Below are positions 1 through 8,419 of a stretch of DNA of 64,000 nucleotides, piece after piece (the first letter of the stretch is position 1; the number at the start of each line of letters is the position of its first letter). The position numbers and the translations under genes were made by a program. Location: assembly GCA_963817955.1 (NCBI GenBank), contig CAWFQK010000002.1, positions 480,001 through 544,000 on the forward strand. Reading direction: 5' to 3'. Origin of the DNA: an uncultured Gemmatimonadaceae bacterium. Its GTDB lineage: Bacteria > Gemmatimonadota > Gemmatimonadetes > Gemmatimonadales > Gemmatimonadaceae. The notes beneath the pieces were generated by a model. It made no database searches and was not told the DNA's origin. It saw only the letters and a program-made list of their open reading frames with translations.

Positions 1-653
1 AGCGCCTCTGGAGTTCCAGCAACCCACTGCTTCGGACCTGTCAACACCTCGCGTACGAAGCGAGATCCAGGCAGCGTATGATTGCCCAAGCGCTCGGCCA
101 ACGTCTCGAGCGTGTATCGAGTTGGATTGACTTCGCGACCAAGAAGTACAGCTGCTTCGGCGAGCTGTCGATGAAGCGCCTTCGGATCCGCCGCGACGCC
201 TTCCACCACGAACACGTCGATGTCGCTGTCTGGACGAGCGGTTCCTTTTGCGCTCGAGCCGAAGACGAATGCCGCTTTCACGCCCGCAACGTCACAGAGA
301 GAATCGCGCAACAATTCGGCCGGGTTGCTTGGATCCGCAATGAGAAATCGTATACCGCGCCAAAATCGCGAGTTCGGTTGCGCAACGTATCGAACAAGCC
401 GACCGTCTACTACTCGCTTGAGCGCGCCAATCTCGGTCAGGTGATCCAAGTCGCGCTGTGCGGACGCGCCGCCGAGGCCGAGCGTCCGCTGCAACTCGCG
501 TGCGTATGGCCGTGTCGCTGGATGCGTAGCGAAATATCGGACCGTTTTCTCAGCGGACGTCGGCACGCCGAGCGCATCGAGCATCGTAACAGGACGATCG
601 GACGTCTTCTTGCTCTGCCCGACACGCCGAGCCCGCTTTTGGATCGTTGACAT
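1..653 (-). CDS. wHTH + minimal nucleotidyltransferase (MNT) protein; 3' end runs off the window
   Basis: Not in the ORF track. My minus-strand translation from ATG 653 gives MSTIQKR...PYARELQRTLGLGGASAQRDLDHL (wHTH-like), then AAFVFGSSAKGTARPDSDIDVFVV (GS...DxD NTase motif), open to position 1. Confidence 0.8.
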   Translation of the reverse strand, partial: MSTIQKRARRVGQSKKTSDRPVTMLDALGVPTSAEKTVRYFATHPATRPYARELQRTLGLGGASAQRDLDHLTEIGALKRVVDGRLVRYVAQPNSRFWRGIRFLIADPSNPAELLRDSLCDVAGVKAAFVFGSSAKGTARPDSDIDVFVVEGVAADPKALHRQLAEAAVLLGREVNPTRYTLETLAERLGNHTLPGSRFVREVLTGPKQWVAGTPEA

Positions 654-671
654 GATCTATAATTTAGATCA
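653..671. promoter_or_regulatory. Palindrome abutting the start codon of the wHTH-MNT gene (candidate autoregulatory operator)
   Basis: TGATCTA-TAATT-TAGATCA, 7-bp perfect arms in an AT-rich patch. Confidence 0.4.
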
Positions 672-834
672 ATCCCTCGATCCGAGCAACGGTCTAGAGA
701 TGGTCAGCGCGCCTTCGCGATGCTCAATGAGCCAGACGGCGTGCGCCTCAATGACCTTCGCGAAGGTTCGGCGACGCGCGACGCGCGACCCAACGTCACC
801 TGACCTCTGTGAAGATCATTGGGGGTACGAACGC

Positions 835-2079
835 CTACTTGGCGTTACGAAGCCAGAGTACGTACCAGGTCGGATGGGTATTTTTACGCAGGCTATGATC
901 GTCCTGCACGCGGCACCTGCCGGTCATTCGTGCGGAGAGCAGGCCGCCGGGGTCAGTGAATGATGGATAGACCTCGACGAGATCGACATCACTTGCCGAG
1001 TAGGCACGCAGCGGCTGGAAGCGCTGTGTGGTGCCGTTGATGAGGAGGCAGCGGCTGATCGTATCGGCGTCGGTCTGTGGCGCCTTATCAACTGCGGCGG
1101 GGATGGGCTGGGCCTTTGCCCTACTCCGCACCGGCAAGTTTCCTGTAGAAGAAGATGGCGTGACCACAGGCGCGGCGCTCGAACCAGCCATCTGCAGGAC
1201 ACCACTCTGCGCATGCATTGTCGCGGCATTCTCCGCGGCCGGCACGCCAGCGAACGTGAGCGCCAGGTCGAGCCGCATTCCACCAAATCGCCGCAGGTCT
1301 TCGGAGCCAACGAGGATATCGCGCGCACCAGAACGCCACCGCTGGCGCGCGTCCAAGTCATCCCATGCCGCCTGGCTGCCACCGTAGCCGCTCCGTTCGC
1401 TCACCACGACCGGATCGAGCTGCGTCGGCAGTTGACGGATCTTGATTGCCAATTCCCGCTCGTCGCCGTCCTGGAGCTCTACCGCCAGCACGTTCGGCTC
1501 ATATCCTAGCTTTCGTACGCGTACCAGGTATTGTCCCACAGGCAGCTGTCGAAAGGCGAACCCGCCGTTTTCACGCGTGACGCCGATGCGATCGGCTCCG
1601 ATGAGCTGGACCTCGGCCTCGGCAATGGTGTTGCCCAGCGAGTCGACGACAAATCCCACAATCGCCGAGCGTCCGCGCATTTTCTTGTCTTCCTGGGCAC
1701 GGACGACGACCGGATCCAGGGTGTGCGGCAGGAGGCGCAGCGTAACCGCCACGTCCGTGCGCTCGTTGAACCGCGCCAACCAGGTGAACGAGGCCGTCGT
1801 GTAGCCGAGCTTTCGAAACAGCACGTCGTGAGAGCCCGGCGGGATGTCGGCGAGCGTGAATCGACCGTCCGCACCGGTGTGCGTCGTGCGTCGCTGATCC
1901 AGCGTCATGACCTCGGCGTCGGCCATGGGAGCACCGGTGGAGTCGCGCACGACACCGGCGAGCGACGCCAACGCAGGCGCCGGCGTACGTTGGCTATCAA
2001 TCTGCGCGCTTACGCCGGCCGCACGGACCGTAGCGAATGCCAGCGCAATCAGGAAACGGTGAAGCGGTATCGTTCGCAT
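835..2079 (-). CDS. Exported protein with two carboxypeptidase-regulatory-like domains and a plug-like C-terminus
   Basis: Signal peptide MRTIPLHRFLIALAFATVRAAGVSAQ; two GxVxD...GRF/GGF...RKLGY repeats; C-terminal DVDLVEVY. Confidence 0.75.
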   Translation of the reverse strand: MRTIPLHRFLIALAFATVRAAGVSAQIDSQRTPAPALASLAGVVRDSTGAPMADAEVMTLDQRRTTHTGADGRFTLADIPPGSHDVLFRKLGYTTASFTWLARFNERTDVAVTLRLLPHTLDPVVVRAQEDKKMRGRSAIVGFVVDSLGNTIAEAEVQLIGADRIGVTRENGGFAFRQLPVGQYLVRVRKLGYEPNVLAVELQDGDERELAIKIRQLPTQLDPVVVSERSGYGGSQAAWDDLDARQRWRSGARDILVGSEDLRRFGGMRLDLALTFAGVPAAENAATMHAQSGVLQMAGSSAAPVVTPSSSTGNLPVRSRAKAQPIPAAVDKAPQTDADTISRCLLINGTTQRFQPLRAYSASDVDLVEVYPSFTDPGGLLSARMTGRCRVQDDHSLRKNTHPTWYVLWLRNAK

Positions 2080-2188
2080 GCCGCAACTTGTATGCAAAGG
2101 TGGATATGCGCAAGAGGAATTGCATAACACTTCCTGCTTCACCGCATGGCCCCCAATGGTCACACTGCCACCCTGGACGGTAGTGGGA

Positions 2189-2623
2189 TCAGATCGCCGT
2201 GGCGTGACGATCTGGTGCACGACTCCAGTCACGAGATGCTGTGATCCGGCAGCTGCATGTTAACCGGCCGGCGCCTGGGTCGAAGTCAGCGGGAAAATGG
2301 AGAACAGTCTTGTACGGTGGCTGGGGCATGACAGTCTGGGCGCGATAGACCTGACCTTCCCATACGACCTCGACCATGATCGTTCGACTCGTCCGCCGGG
2401 ATAACATGAAATCCCGGAACTCGCCGCCGGGAACCGACCCGAGCACGTCGCCGACACCGCTCGAGTCGGAGTATCGCACGCCGATGATGCGCCCAACGTC
2501 GTTTTGTACATTCAATAAGCATTGTTGCGGAAAGCAGGTCGTGAGCGCCGATGTCGACGGTCCTACCTGAAGCGACGCACACGCCGACGTCGCCACGATG
2601 CCCAGGGCGATGAGCGCACGCAT
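2189..2623 (-). CDS. Hypothetical lipoprotein
   Basis: MRALIALGIVATSAC: hydrophobic signal with a lipobox-like Cys. Alternative start at 2641. Confidence 0.55.
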   Translation of the reverse strand: MRALIALGIVATSACASLQVGPSTSALTTCFPQQCLLNVQNDVGRIIGVRYSDSSGVGDVLGSVPGGEFRDFMLSRRTSRTIMVEVVWEGQVYRAQTVMPQPPYKTVLHFPADFDPGAGRLTCSCRITASRDWSRAPDRHATAI

Positions 2624-2853
2624 GGGTGAAAGCGACTGCATGGAACCCTCCGACGCGGGCGACCGCCAAGCGCAAGGTTCGATCCCTTCTCGCTCGCTGG
2701 CCGCGAGACCCGCAGTCCCGATCGCTTGCGCCCACCCCGCTCGATCATCGGGTCGAGTGCGCGAGCCTTGCCGCGGCCCTCCCAATTGGCCGATCCTGCG
2801 TTGCGCCGTATCTTCGGGTGGTCGCTGGCCAATCGACCGTCCGATCCCCTGAC

Positions 2854-4935
2854 ATGCTCCGATTTCTGTCCATTCCGCACGAGCCGCTCGCACGCTTCCG
2901 GCTGCTTTCCGTCTGGTTCGCGGCGGCGTTCGCGTTCATGCACGTCGGCCTGTTTGCGGTCGATTCGAGCCTCGCCCAGCCGCTGCGGTGGGGGGCAGCG
3001 GTCGCCGCGGCGCTGCTCGGCGCGTGGTGGCTGTACGGGTACCGTCGCGGCGGCTTTCCGATTGCCGGTTGGCTGGTCGATACGGTTCTGATGGTGTTGG
3101 TGGCGACAGAATCGCCCATGCCGGCGCGCGCGATCGGCCTGTTCTACGCTGGAATCCAGTTCCGGGCGCTGTACGTGCCACGCCGAGAACTGGCGCTGCT
3201 TCCCCTGTCGTACGCGATCGCGCGCGTCGCGTCGATCGCCATGGGGCCGAGCGATCAGTCCTTGACGGCACTCTCCGCATTGTCGTTCGTCCAGATCCTG
3301 GGGCTGACCGTCATCGCCGTCACCTTGCACCTCTTCGTTGAGGCGACTCAGCGGCAGGCCGTGATCGAGCAGGCGCTGAAGCGCAGCGACGAACGCTATC
3401 AACTCCTGGCCGGGGCGATGCGCGACGTCGTCTACGACTGGAACGTTGCGACGGGCACCATCGAATGGACAGAATCGATGCGGACCGTGTTCGGGATCGC
3501 ACCAGAGTCAGTCGGGACAACACTCGCGTGGTGGGTCGACCGCGTACATCCAGACGACCGCGCGACCCTCGAGCGCGGCGTCGCCGCCACGCTCGCTGAT
3601 CCGGCTGTCGCCCTGGAAACCGTTCAGTACCGCGTGCGTCGCGCCGACGACAGCTACGCGTACGTGTCGGGCAGCATGATCGTGCAGCGCACGGCGAGTG
3701 GCGTGGCGGAGCGCGTGGTGGGGTCCATTCGCGACGTCACCACTGAGCAGCAGCTCGAGGAGCGGCTCCGGCAGTCTCAGAAGATGGAAGCAGTTGGCCA
3801 GCTCGCTGGCGGCGTCGCGCACGACTTCAATAACATGCTCACCGTGGTCGGCGGGCACGTCTACATGCTCGAGCATTACCTGCCGGCCACGCCGCTCACC
3901 ACCAAACACCTGGGCGGGATCACGCAGGCGGCCGAGCGTGCCGCGTCGCTCACCAAGCAACTCCTCGCCTTTGGTCGCAAGCAGCTTCTCACCCCAACCC
4001 TGCTCAACCTCAACACCGTGGTCGGCGACGTGCTGGCGATGATGCAGCCCGTCCTCGGCGAGCATGTACAGATCGTCACACAGCGCGACCCGGTGCTCTC
4101 ACCGGTCTTCGCCGATTCGGGACAACTCGTGCAGGTGCTGGTGAACCTGGTGCTCAACGCGCGCGACGCCATGTCTGGCGGCGGCACGCTCACCATCGAA
4201 ACCAGAAATACGACAATCCAACCGTGGCCAGGTGATGTGACCGCGGCGCCGCTGCCGCCGGGCGATTATGCGCGACTGACCATTCGCGATACCGGCGCGG
4301 GCATGGACGCACAAACGCTCGCGCGCGCATTCGAGCCGTTCTTCACCACCAAGCCATACGGACAGGGCACGGGTCTCGGGCTGTCGACCGCGTACGGCAT
4401 TGTGAAGCAGTCGGGCGGCGACATTCAGGCAACGAGCGTACTCGGCGCCGGCTCGACCTTCACGATTCTCCTCCCTGTCGCGGAGCGCCCGGCGGACCAG
4501 TCCAGTCCGCATCTGCCGACGGCCGACGCCCACGCGGCGCTGACGTCGCGACAACTCCGCGTGTTATTGGTGGAGGACGACGAGTCCCTGCGCGCGTTCG
4601 CGCTGCAGGTCCTCAGCCATGCGGGCTGCCGCGTCCGTGCGGCATCCAACGGCGTCGACGCCCTCGATAAGGTGCGTGCACAGATTGCGTCGATCGACGT
4701 GGTCGTCACCGATGTTGTAATGCCCGAAATGGGAGGACGCGAACTGGTGAAACAGCTGCACCTGCGGCGGCCGGACCTCCCCGTGCTCTACATCACCGGG
4801 TACACTGACGATTTGCAAATGCTCACCGAGCTGCGCGCCACGAACGGGCGACTGCTCGAAAAGCCGTTCACCGCGAGCGCTCTGGAGTTAGCGGTGAACG
4901 AACTGGTGGAAGCAACCGAGGCCAGCGGCGCGTAA
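2854..4935 (+). CDS. Membrane PAS hybrid sensor histidine kinase/response regulator
   Basis: N-terminal TM helices; PAS/PAC (VHPDD); H-box GGVAHDFNN; N-box NLVLNARDAM; FEPFFTTK; GTGLGL; receiver LLVEDD...DVVMP...KPF. Confidence 0.93.
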   Translation: MLRFLSIPHEPLARFRLLSVWFAAAFAFMHVGLFAVDSSLAQPLRWGAAVAAALLGAWWLYGYRRGGFPIAGWLVDTVLMVLVATESPMPARAIGLFYAGIQFRALYVPRRELALLPLSYAIARVASIAMGPSDQSLTALSALSFVQILGLTVIAVTLHLFVEATQRQAVIEQALKRSDERYQLLAGAMRDVVYDWNVATGTIEWTESMRTVFGIAPESVGTTLAWWVDRVHPDDRATLERGVAATLADPAVALETVQYRVRRADDSYAYVSGSMIVQRTASGVAERVVGSIRDVTTEQQLEERLRQSQKMEAVGQLAGGVAHDFNNMLTVVGGHVYMLEHYLPATPLTTKHLGGITQAAERAASLTKQLLAFGRKQLLTPTLLNLNTVVGDVLAMMQPVLGEHVQIVTQRDPVLSPVFADSGQLVQVLVNLVLNARDAMSGGGTLTIETRNTTIQPWPGDVTAAPLPPGDYARLTIRDTGAGMDAQTLARAFEPFFTTKPYGQGTGLGLSTAYGIVKQSGGDIQATSVLGAGSTFTILLPVAERPADQSSPHLPTADAHAALTSRQLRVLLVEDDESLRAFALQVLSHAGCRVRAASNGVDALDKVRAQIASIDVVVTDVVMPEMGGRELVKQLHLRRPDLPVLYITGYTDDLQMLTELRATNGRLLEKPFTASALELAVNELVEATEASGA

Positions 4936-4949
4936 CATTCGGCAGGCCC

Positions 4950-5450
4950 TTACTCAGGATCAGTATCGGGTGGACTCGACGTCATACCCGGTGGAGGGCT
5001 CAGCAGCTTGGGCGACTCGTGGATGATCTTGCCGCCCAGATACGCCGTCCACGTGATCACGCCGAGTCCGACGGCAGCGAGCAGAACGACGACGGCACGT
5101 AGCCAAACCGGAGGCAGGCCCATCACCTCGCGGCGCAGCATTCTCCACCACGCGTACGCGCTCACCGCGCCCATCACGAGCACGACGGGGAGCGCGTATC
5201 CCGCTGCCTCATCGTGCGCGTCGACCATCGATCGGACGACGTACCACGTGTTGCGCAGTGCGTGCGCCGCCGCATTGCCGGTATAGAACGCCGGATAGAT
5301 GCTGAGGCCGGCCAACGTCAGCGTGGCAAGCGCATAGAGCCAAACGCTGCGGCGATTGCCAATGAGCGTCAGCACGAGCGCGGCACTTCCGACCACCGTG
5401 AGGATGATCGGGAAGTGGTTGACGAGCGGATGGATGTATGGCCAGTTCAT
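4950..5450 (-). CDS. DUF2231-like membrane protein
   Basis: HPLVNHFPI motif, four TM helices, TG...H and TAYLGGKIIH motifs. Confidence 0.75.
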   Translation of the reverse strand: MNWPYIHPLVNHFPIILTVVGSAALVLTLIGNRRSVWLYALATLTLAGLSIYPAFYTGNAAAHALRNTWYVVRSMVDAHDEAAGYALPVVLVMGAVSAYAWWRMLRREVMGLPPVWLRAVVVLLAAVGLGVITWTAYLGGKIIHESPKLLSPPPGMTSSPPDTDPE

Positions 5451-5611
5451 GACAAGCCCGGTTGCAGGTATGTAGGGCGCTGGGTCTCACCGGCGTTGCA
5501 TCATAGCGCGTGCCCGTTTCCAACGCTTCTCTCCACGGGAGTGTCGAAGTGACGTGGCGCCGCCACCCGTTATTGTCCACGAACGCCTTCATCCAGCGGC
5601 GGGAGCGTCCC

Positions 5612-8047
5612 ATGGAGCTCAAGGACCAGTGGCAAGTTGTCAGGCAGGACGTGGTGTTTGGCCTCCGCCAACTGCGGAAAAGCCCGGGCTTTACGGTCGC
5701 GGCGCTGCTGACGCTGGCGCTCGGAATAGGCGCGAACAGCGCCATTTTCAGCGTCCTGTACAGTGTCATGCTCAACCCGCTGCCATTCGCCAACAGCGAA
5801 CGCATGATCACGATCGGCGAGCGCACCGGCAGCAGCACCAACGCCGTGACGTTCGGCAACTACGCCACGTGGAAGGCCGCCGCGCACAGCCTCCAGACGA
5901 TCGCCGCGTACTGGGGCGGCGGCCCTCGCACCCTCACCGGCACCGGCGATCCTACGCCGATCGCGACGCTCTCCACGACTGGAAGCTACTGGCAAGCTGA
6001 GTTCATTCCGCCCGTCGTAGGACAGTATTACAACGAGGACGCCGAGCGCGCCGGCACGACACCGGTCGCCGTGCTCTCGTACTCGCTCTGGCAGTCGCGA
6101 TTCAACGGCGACCGCGCGATCGTCGGCAAACAGATCACGCTGAGCGGCACCGATTTCACGGTCGTCGGTGTTGCGCCGGCGGACTACAATCTCGGAGCGC
6201 AGCCCGATCGGATCTGGGTGCCGATGAAAGTGGAGCCGGCCCGATGGAACGATCACAGCGACCATGAGCTCACGGTCATTGCGCTCGTGAAACCCGGTGT
6301 GCCGATCGCGCAGGCGACGCGCGAGCTGTCGGCCATCGAACGTGGTCTCGCCAAGCAATACCCCAACTCTGGATTCGAGGACGTTGACGTCCGTCTGTTC
6401 GCCGACGACCTGGTCGGCGCGGTCAACCGCACGCTGCTCTTCACGCTGCTCGGAGCAGTCGGCCTCGTGCTGCTCATCGCGTGCGCGAATGTCGCGAATC
6501 TTCTCATCGCGCGCGCCGGCGTCCGGCGCGCCGAGATCGCCATTCGCGCGGCGCTCGGCGCGTCGCGCCGGCGCATCGTGGCCCAGCTACTCGTTGAGAG
6601 CTTGCTCCTGGCACTGGCAGGCGGTGTGCTCGGGTTACTCGTCGCGTGGGCGGGCGTTCGGTTCCTCGTCACGAGCCCGGCGTCCATGGCGCGACTCAAG
6701 GATGCGACGCTCAACGGGCCCGTGGTCGCGTTCACGCTTGTCCTCGCGATGGCGTGCGCCGTCGTGTTCGGGCTGCTGCCAGCGCTGCGCGCGACCCGGC
6801 TCGACCTGCAGCAGACGTTACGCGACGGCGGACGTGAAGCCTCGCTGTCATCGCGGGATCGTCTGCGCGGTCTGCTCGTCGTCGGCGAGCTGTGTTTGAC
6901 GCAGGTGTTGCTCATCGGCGCGGCCCTGCTGATTCGCAGCGCCCTGCTCGTACAGGCCGTGCCTCCGGGCTTCGCCACGAACAACGTGCTGATCACCAAC
7001 GTCTTGTTGCCGGCGCAACGGTATGGCGGCCCGGGCGCGGTCGAGGCGGGCTTCCTGCGCCTCGATGAAGCCATCGCGGCGGTGCCTGGCGTTCAGGCCG
7101 TCGGCCGAACGTCGCTCGCCCCGGTGCAGAACGGACAGGCATGGAACTGCATGGCCATGCGGCCGGGCAGCAACGGCCACGACGACGGCGCGTTCGTCGC
7201 CAACATGCGCGGCGCCAACGCCGCCTACTTCTCGGTGCTCGGCGTACCACTCTTGAGAGGGCGCGCATTCAACAACACTGACGTCGCCGGCGGACCATCG
7301 GTGGCAATCATCACGCGCACGTTGGCGCGCGATCTCTATGGCACCGCCGACCCCATCGGCCAGGTCATTGCCAGTTGCGTCGGCGGCACGCAGGCCGCGC
7401 CCCTGTGGCGGACGGTCGTCGGCGTGATCGGCGACACACGCGCACGTGGCCGAGCCACCGAGCCGCCGCGCGAGATGTACATGCCGAGCGCGCAGTGGCA
7501 GGGAAACACCGGCATGGCATTTCTCGTTCGTGGCGGCGTTCCAGTGCTGACGCTCGTCCCGGCCATTCGGCGCGCGGTCGCGACCGTCGACCCACAGCTC
7601 GCGCTCTCGAACACGACCACCATGGACGACGCGTTCGCTCGCCTGCAAGCGCTGCCGCGCTTCACCATGTGGCTGCTCACGCTGCTGGGCGCGACCGGCC
7701 TCGTCCTGGCTGTCGTCGGCGTCTACGGAGTCATTGCGTACTTCGTGACGCAGCGGACGCACGAGTTCGGCGTTCGCATGGCGCTTGGTGCAACCGGCGC
7801 CTCACTGCAGCGATTGGTAGTCCGCGAGGGTCTCGTGTTCGCACTCGCGGGCGTGGCCACGGGCACGCTTGCCGCGTACGGCCTGACCCGTTTCCTCGCG
7901 GGGTTCATGTTCGGGATCACGACGCACGATCCGGTGACCTATGCGTTGGTGGCCGGCATCCTGGGGGTCGTGGCCGCGCTCGCCAGCTTCATCCCCGCTC
8001 GGCGTGCGACGCGGATCGACCCGTTGGTGGCGTTGCGAAGCTCATGA
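5612..8047 (+). CDS. Duplicated MacB/FtsX-type ABC permease (ADOP-like orphan permease)
   Basis: QDVVFGLRQLRKSPGFT..LTLALGIGANSAIFS; LLIACANVANLL; EIAIRAALGA; QRTHEFGVRMALGA; PARRATRIDPLVALR. A GTG start at 5549 is possible. Confidence 0.92.
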   Translation: MELKDQWQVVRQDVVFGLRQLRKSPGFTVAALLTLALGIGANSAIFSVLYSVMLNPLPFANSERMITIGERTGSSTNAVTFGNYATWKAAAHSLQTIAAYWGGGPRTLTGTGDPTPIATLSTTGSYWQAEFIPPVVGQYYNEDAERAGTTPVAVLSYSLWQSRFNGDRAIVGKQITLSGTDFTVVGVAPADYNLGAQPDRIWVPMKVEPARWNDHSDHELTVIALVKPGVPIAQATRELSAIERGLAKQYPNSGFEDVDVRLFADDLVGAVNRTLLFTLLGAVGLVLLIACANVANLLIARAGVRRAEIAIRAALGASRRRIVAQLLVESLLLALAGGVLGLLVAWAGVRFLVTSPASMARLKDATLNGPVVAFTLVLAMACAVVFGLLPALRATRLDLQQTLRDGGREASLSSRDRLRGLLVVGELCLTQVLLIGAALLIRSALLVQAVPPGFATNNVLITNVLLPAQRYGGPGAVEAGFLRLDEAIAAVPGVQAVGRTSLAPVQNGQAWNCMAMRPGSNGHDDGAFVANMRGANAAYFSVLGVPLLRGRAFNNTDVAGGPSVAIITRTLARDLYGTADPIGQVIASCVGGTQAAPLWRTVVGVIGDTRARGRATEPPREMYMPSAQWQGNTGMAFLVRGGVPVLTLVPAIRRAVATVDPQLALSNTTTMDDAFARLQALPRFTMWLLTLLGATGLVLAVVGVYGVIAYFVTQRTHEFGVRMALGATGASLQRLVVREGLVFALAGVATGTLAAYGLTRFLAGFMFGITTHDPVTYALVAGILGVVAALASFIPARRATRIDPLVALRSS

Positions 8048-8119
8048 CGACGAATCGGGTCGTTATCTTGCAGCTCGGGGTCGCCATAGAGTAGCGACAG
8101 GGCGGAGGCGAGGTGAAGC

Positions 8120-8392
8120 ATGTCACGAGCATTTCTGAGAGACGACGCGGAAGGCGAGATGCCGCGCCGTCATTACGATCTCCCTGAACGGGATGATCCC
8201 GAGTACGATCGCGCCGCTGCTCGCGCGCTAGTCGGCGCGGCGCGCGTCAATGAGACGCAGCTCGCCGAGCGTGCCACAGGCTACTACTGGGGCGAGCCGC
8301 GGCTTCGGCCTTACGTGCAGGAGCTTCTCGCCGAAGCCGAGCGTTCGCAGGATGATCGTCTCGAGCAGGTCGCACGTCGATTCCTGCGTTAG
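8120..8392 (+). CDS. Small hypothetical protein
   Basis: 90 aa, RBS GAGGTG upstream, plausible composition; N-terminus MSRAFLRDD. Confidence 0.6.
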   Translation: MSRAFLRDDAEGEMPRRHYDLPERDDPEYDRAAARALVGAARVNETQLAERATGYYWGEPRLRPYVQELLAEAERSQDDRLEQVARRFLR

Positions 8393-8419
8393 AGTAGTGC
8401 TAAGGAAAGATCTACTCTA

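Noticed and set aside
78..650. 190-aa plus-strand ORF
   Set aside because: Antisense to the wHTH-MNT gene, which has clear motifs.
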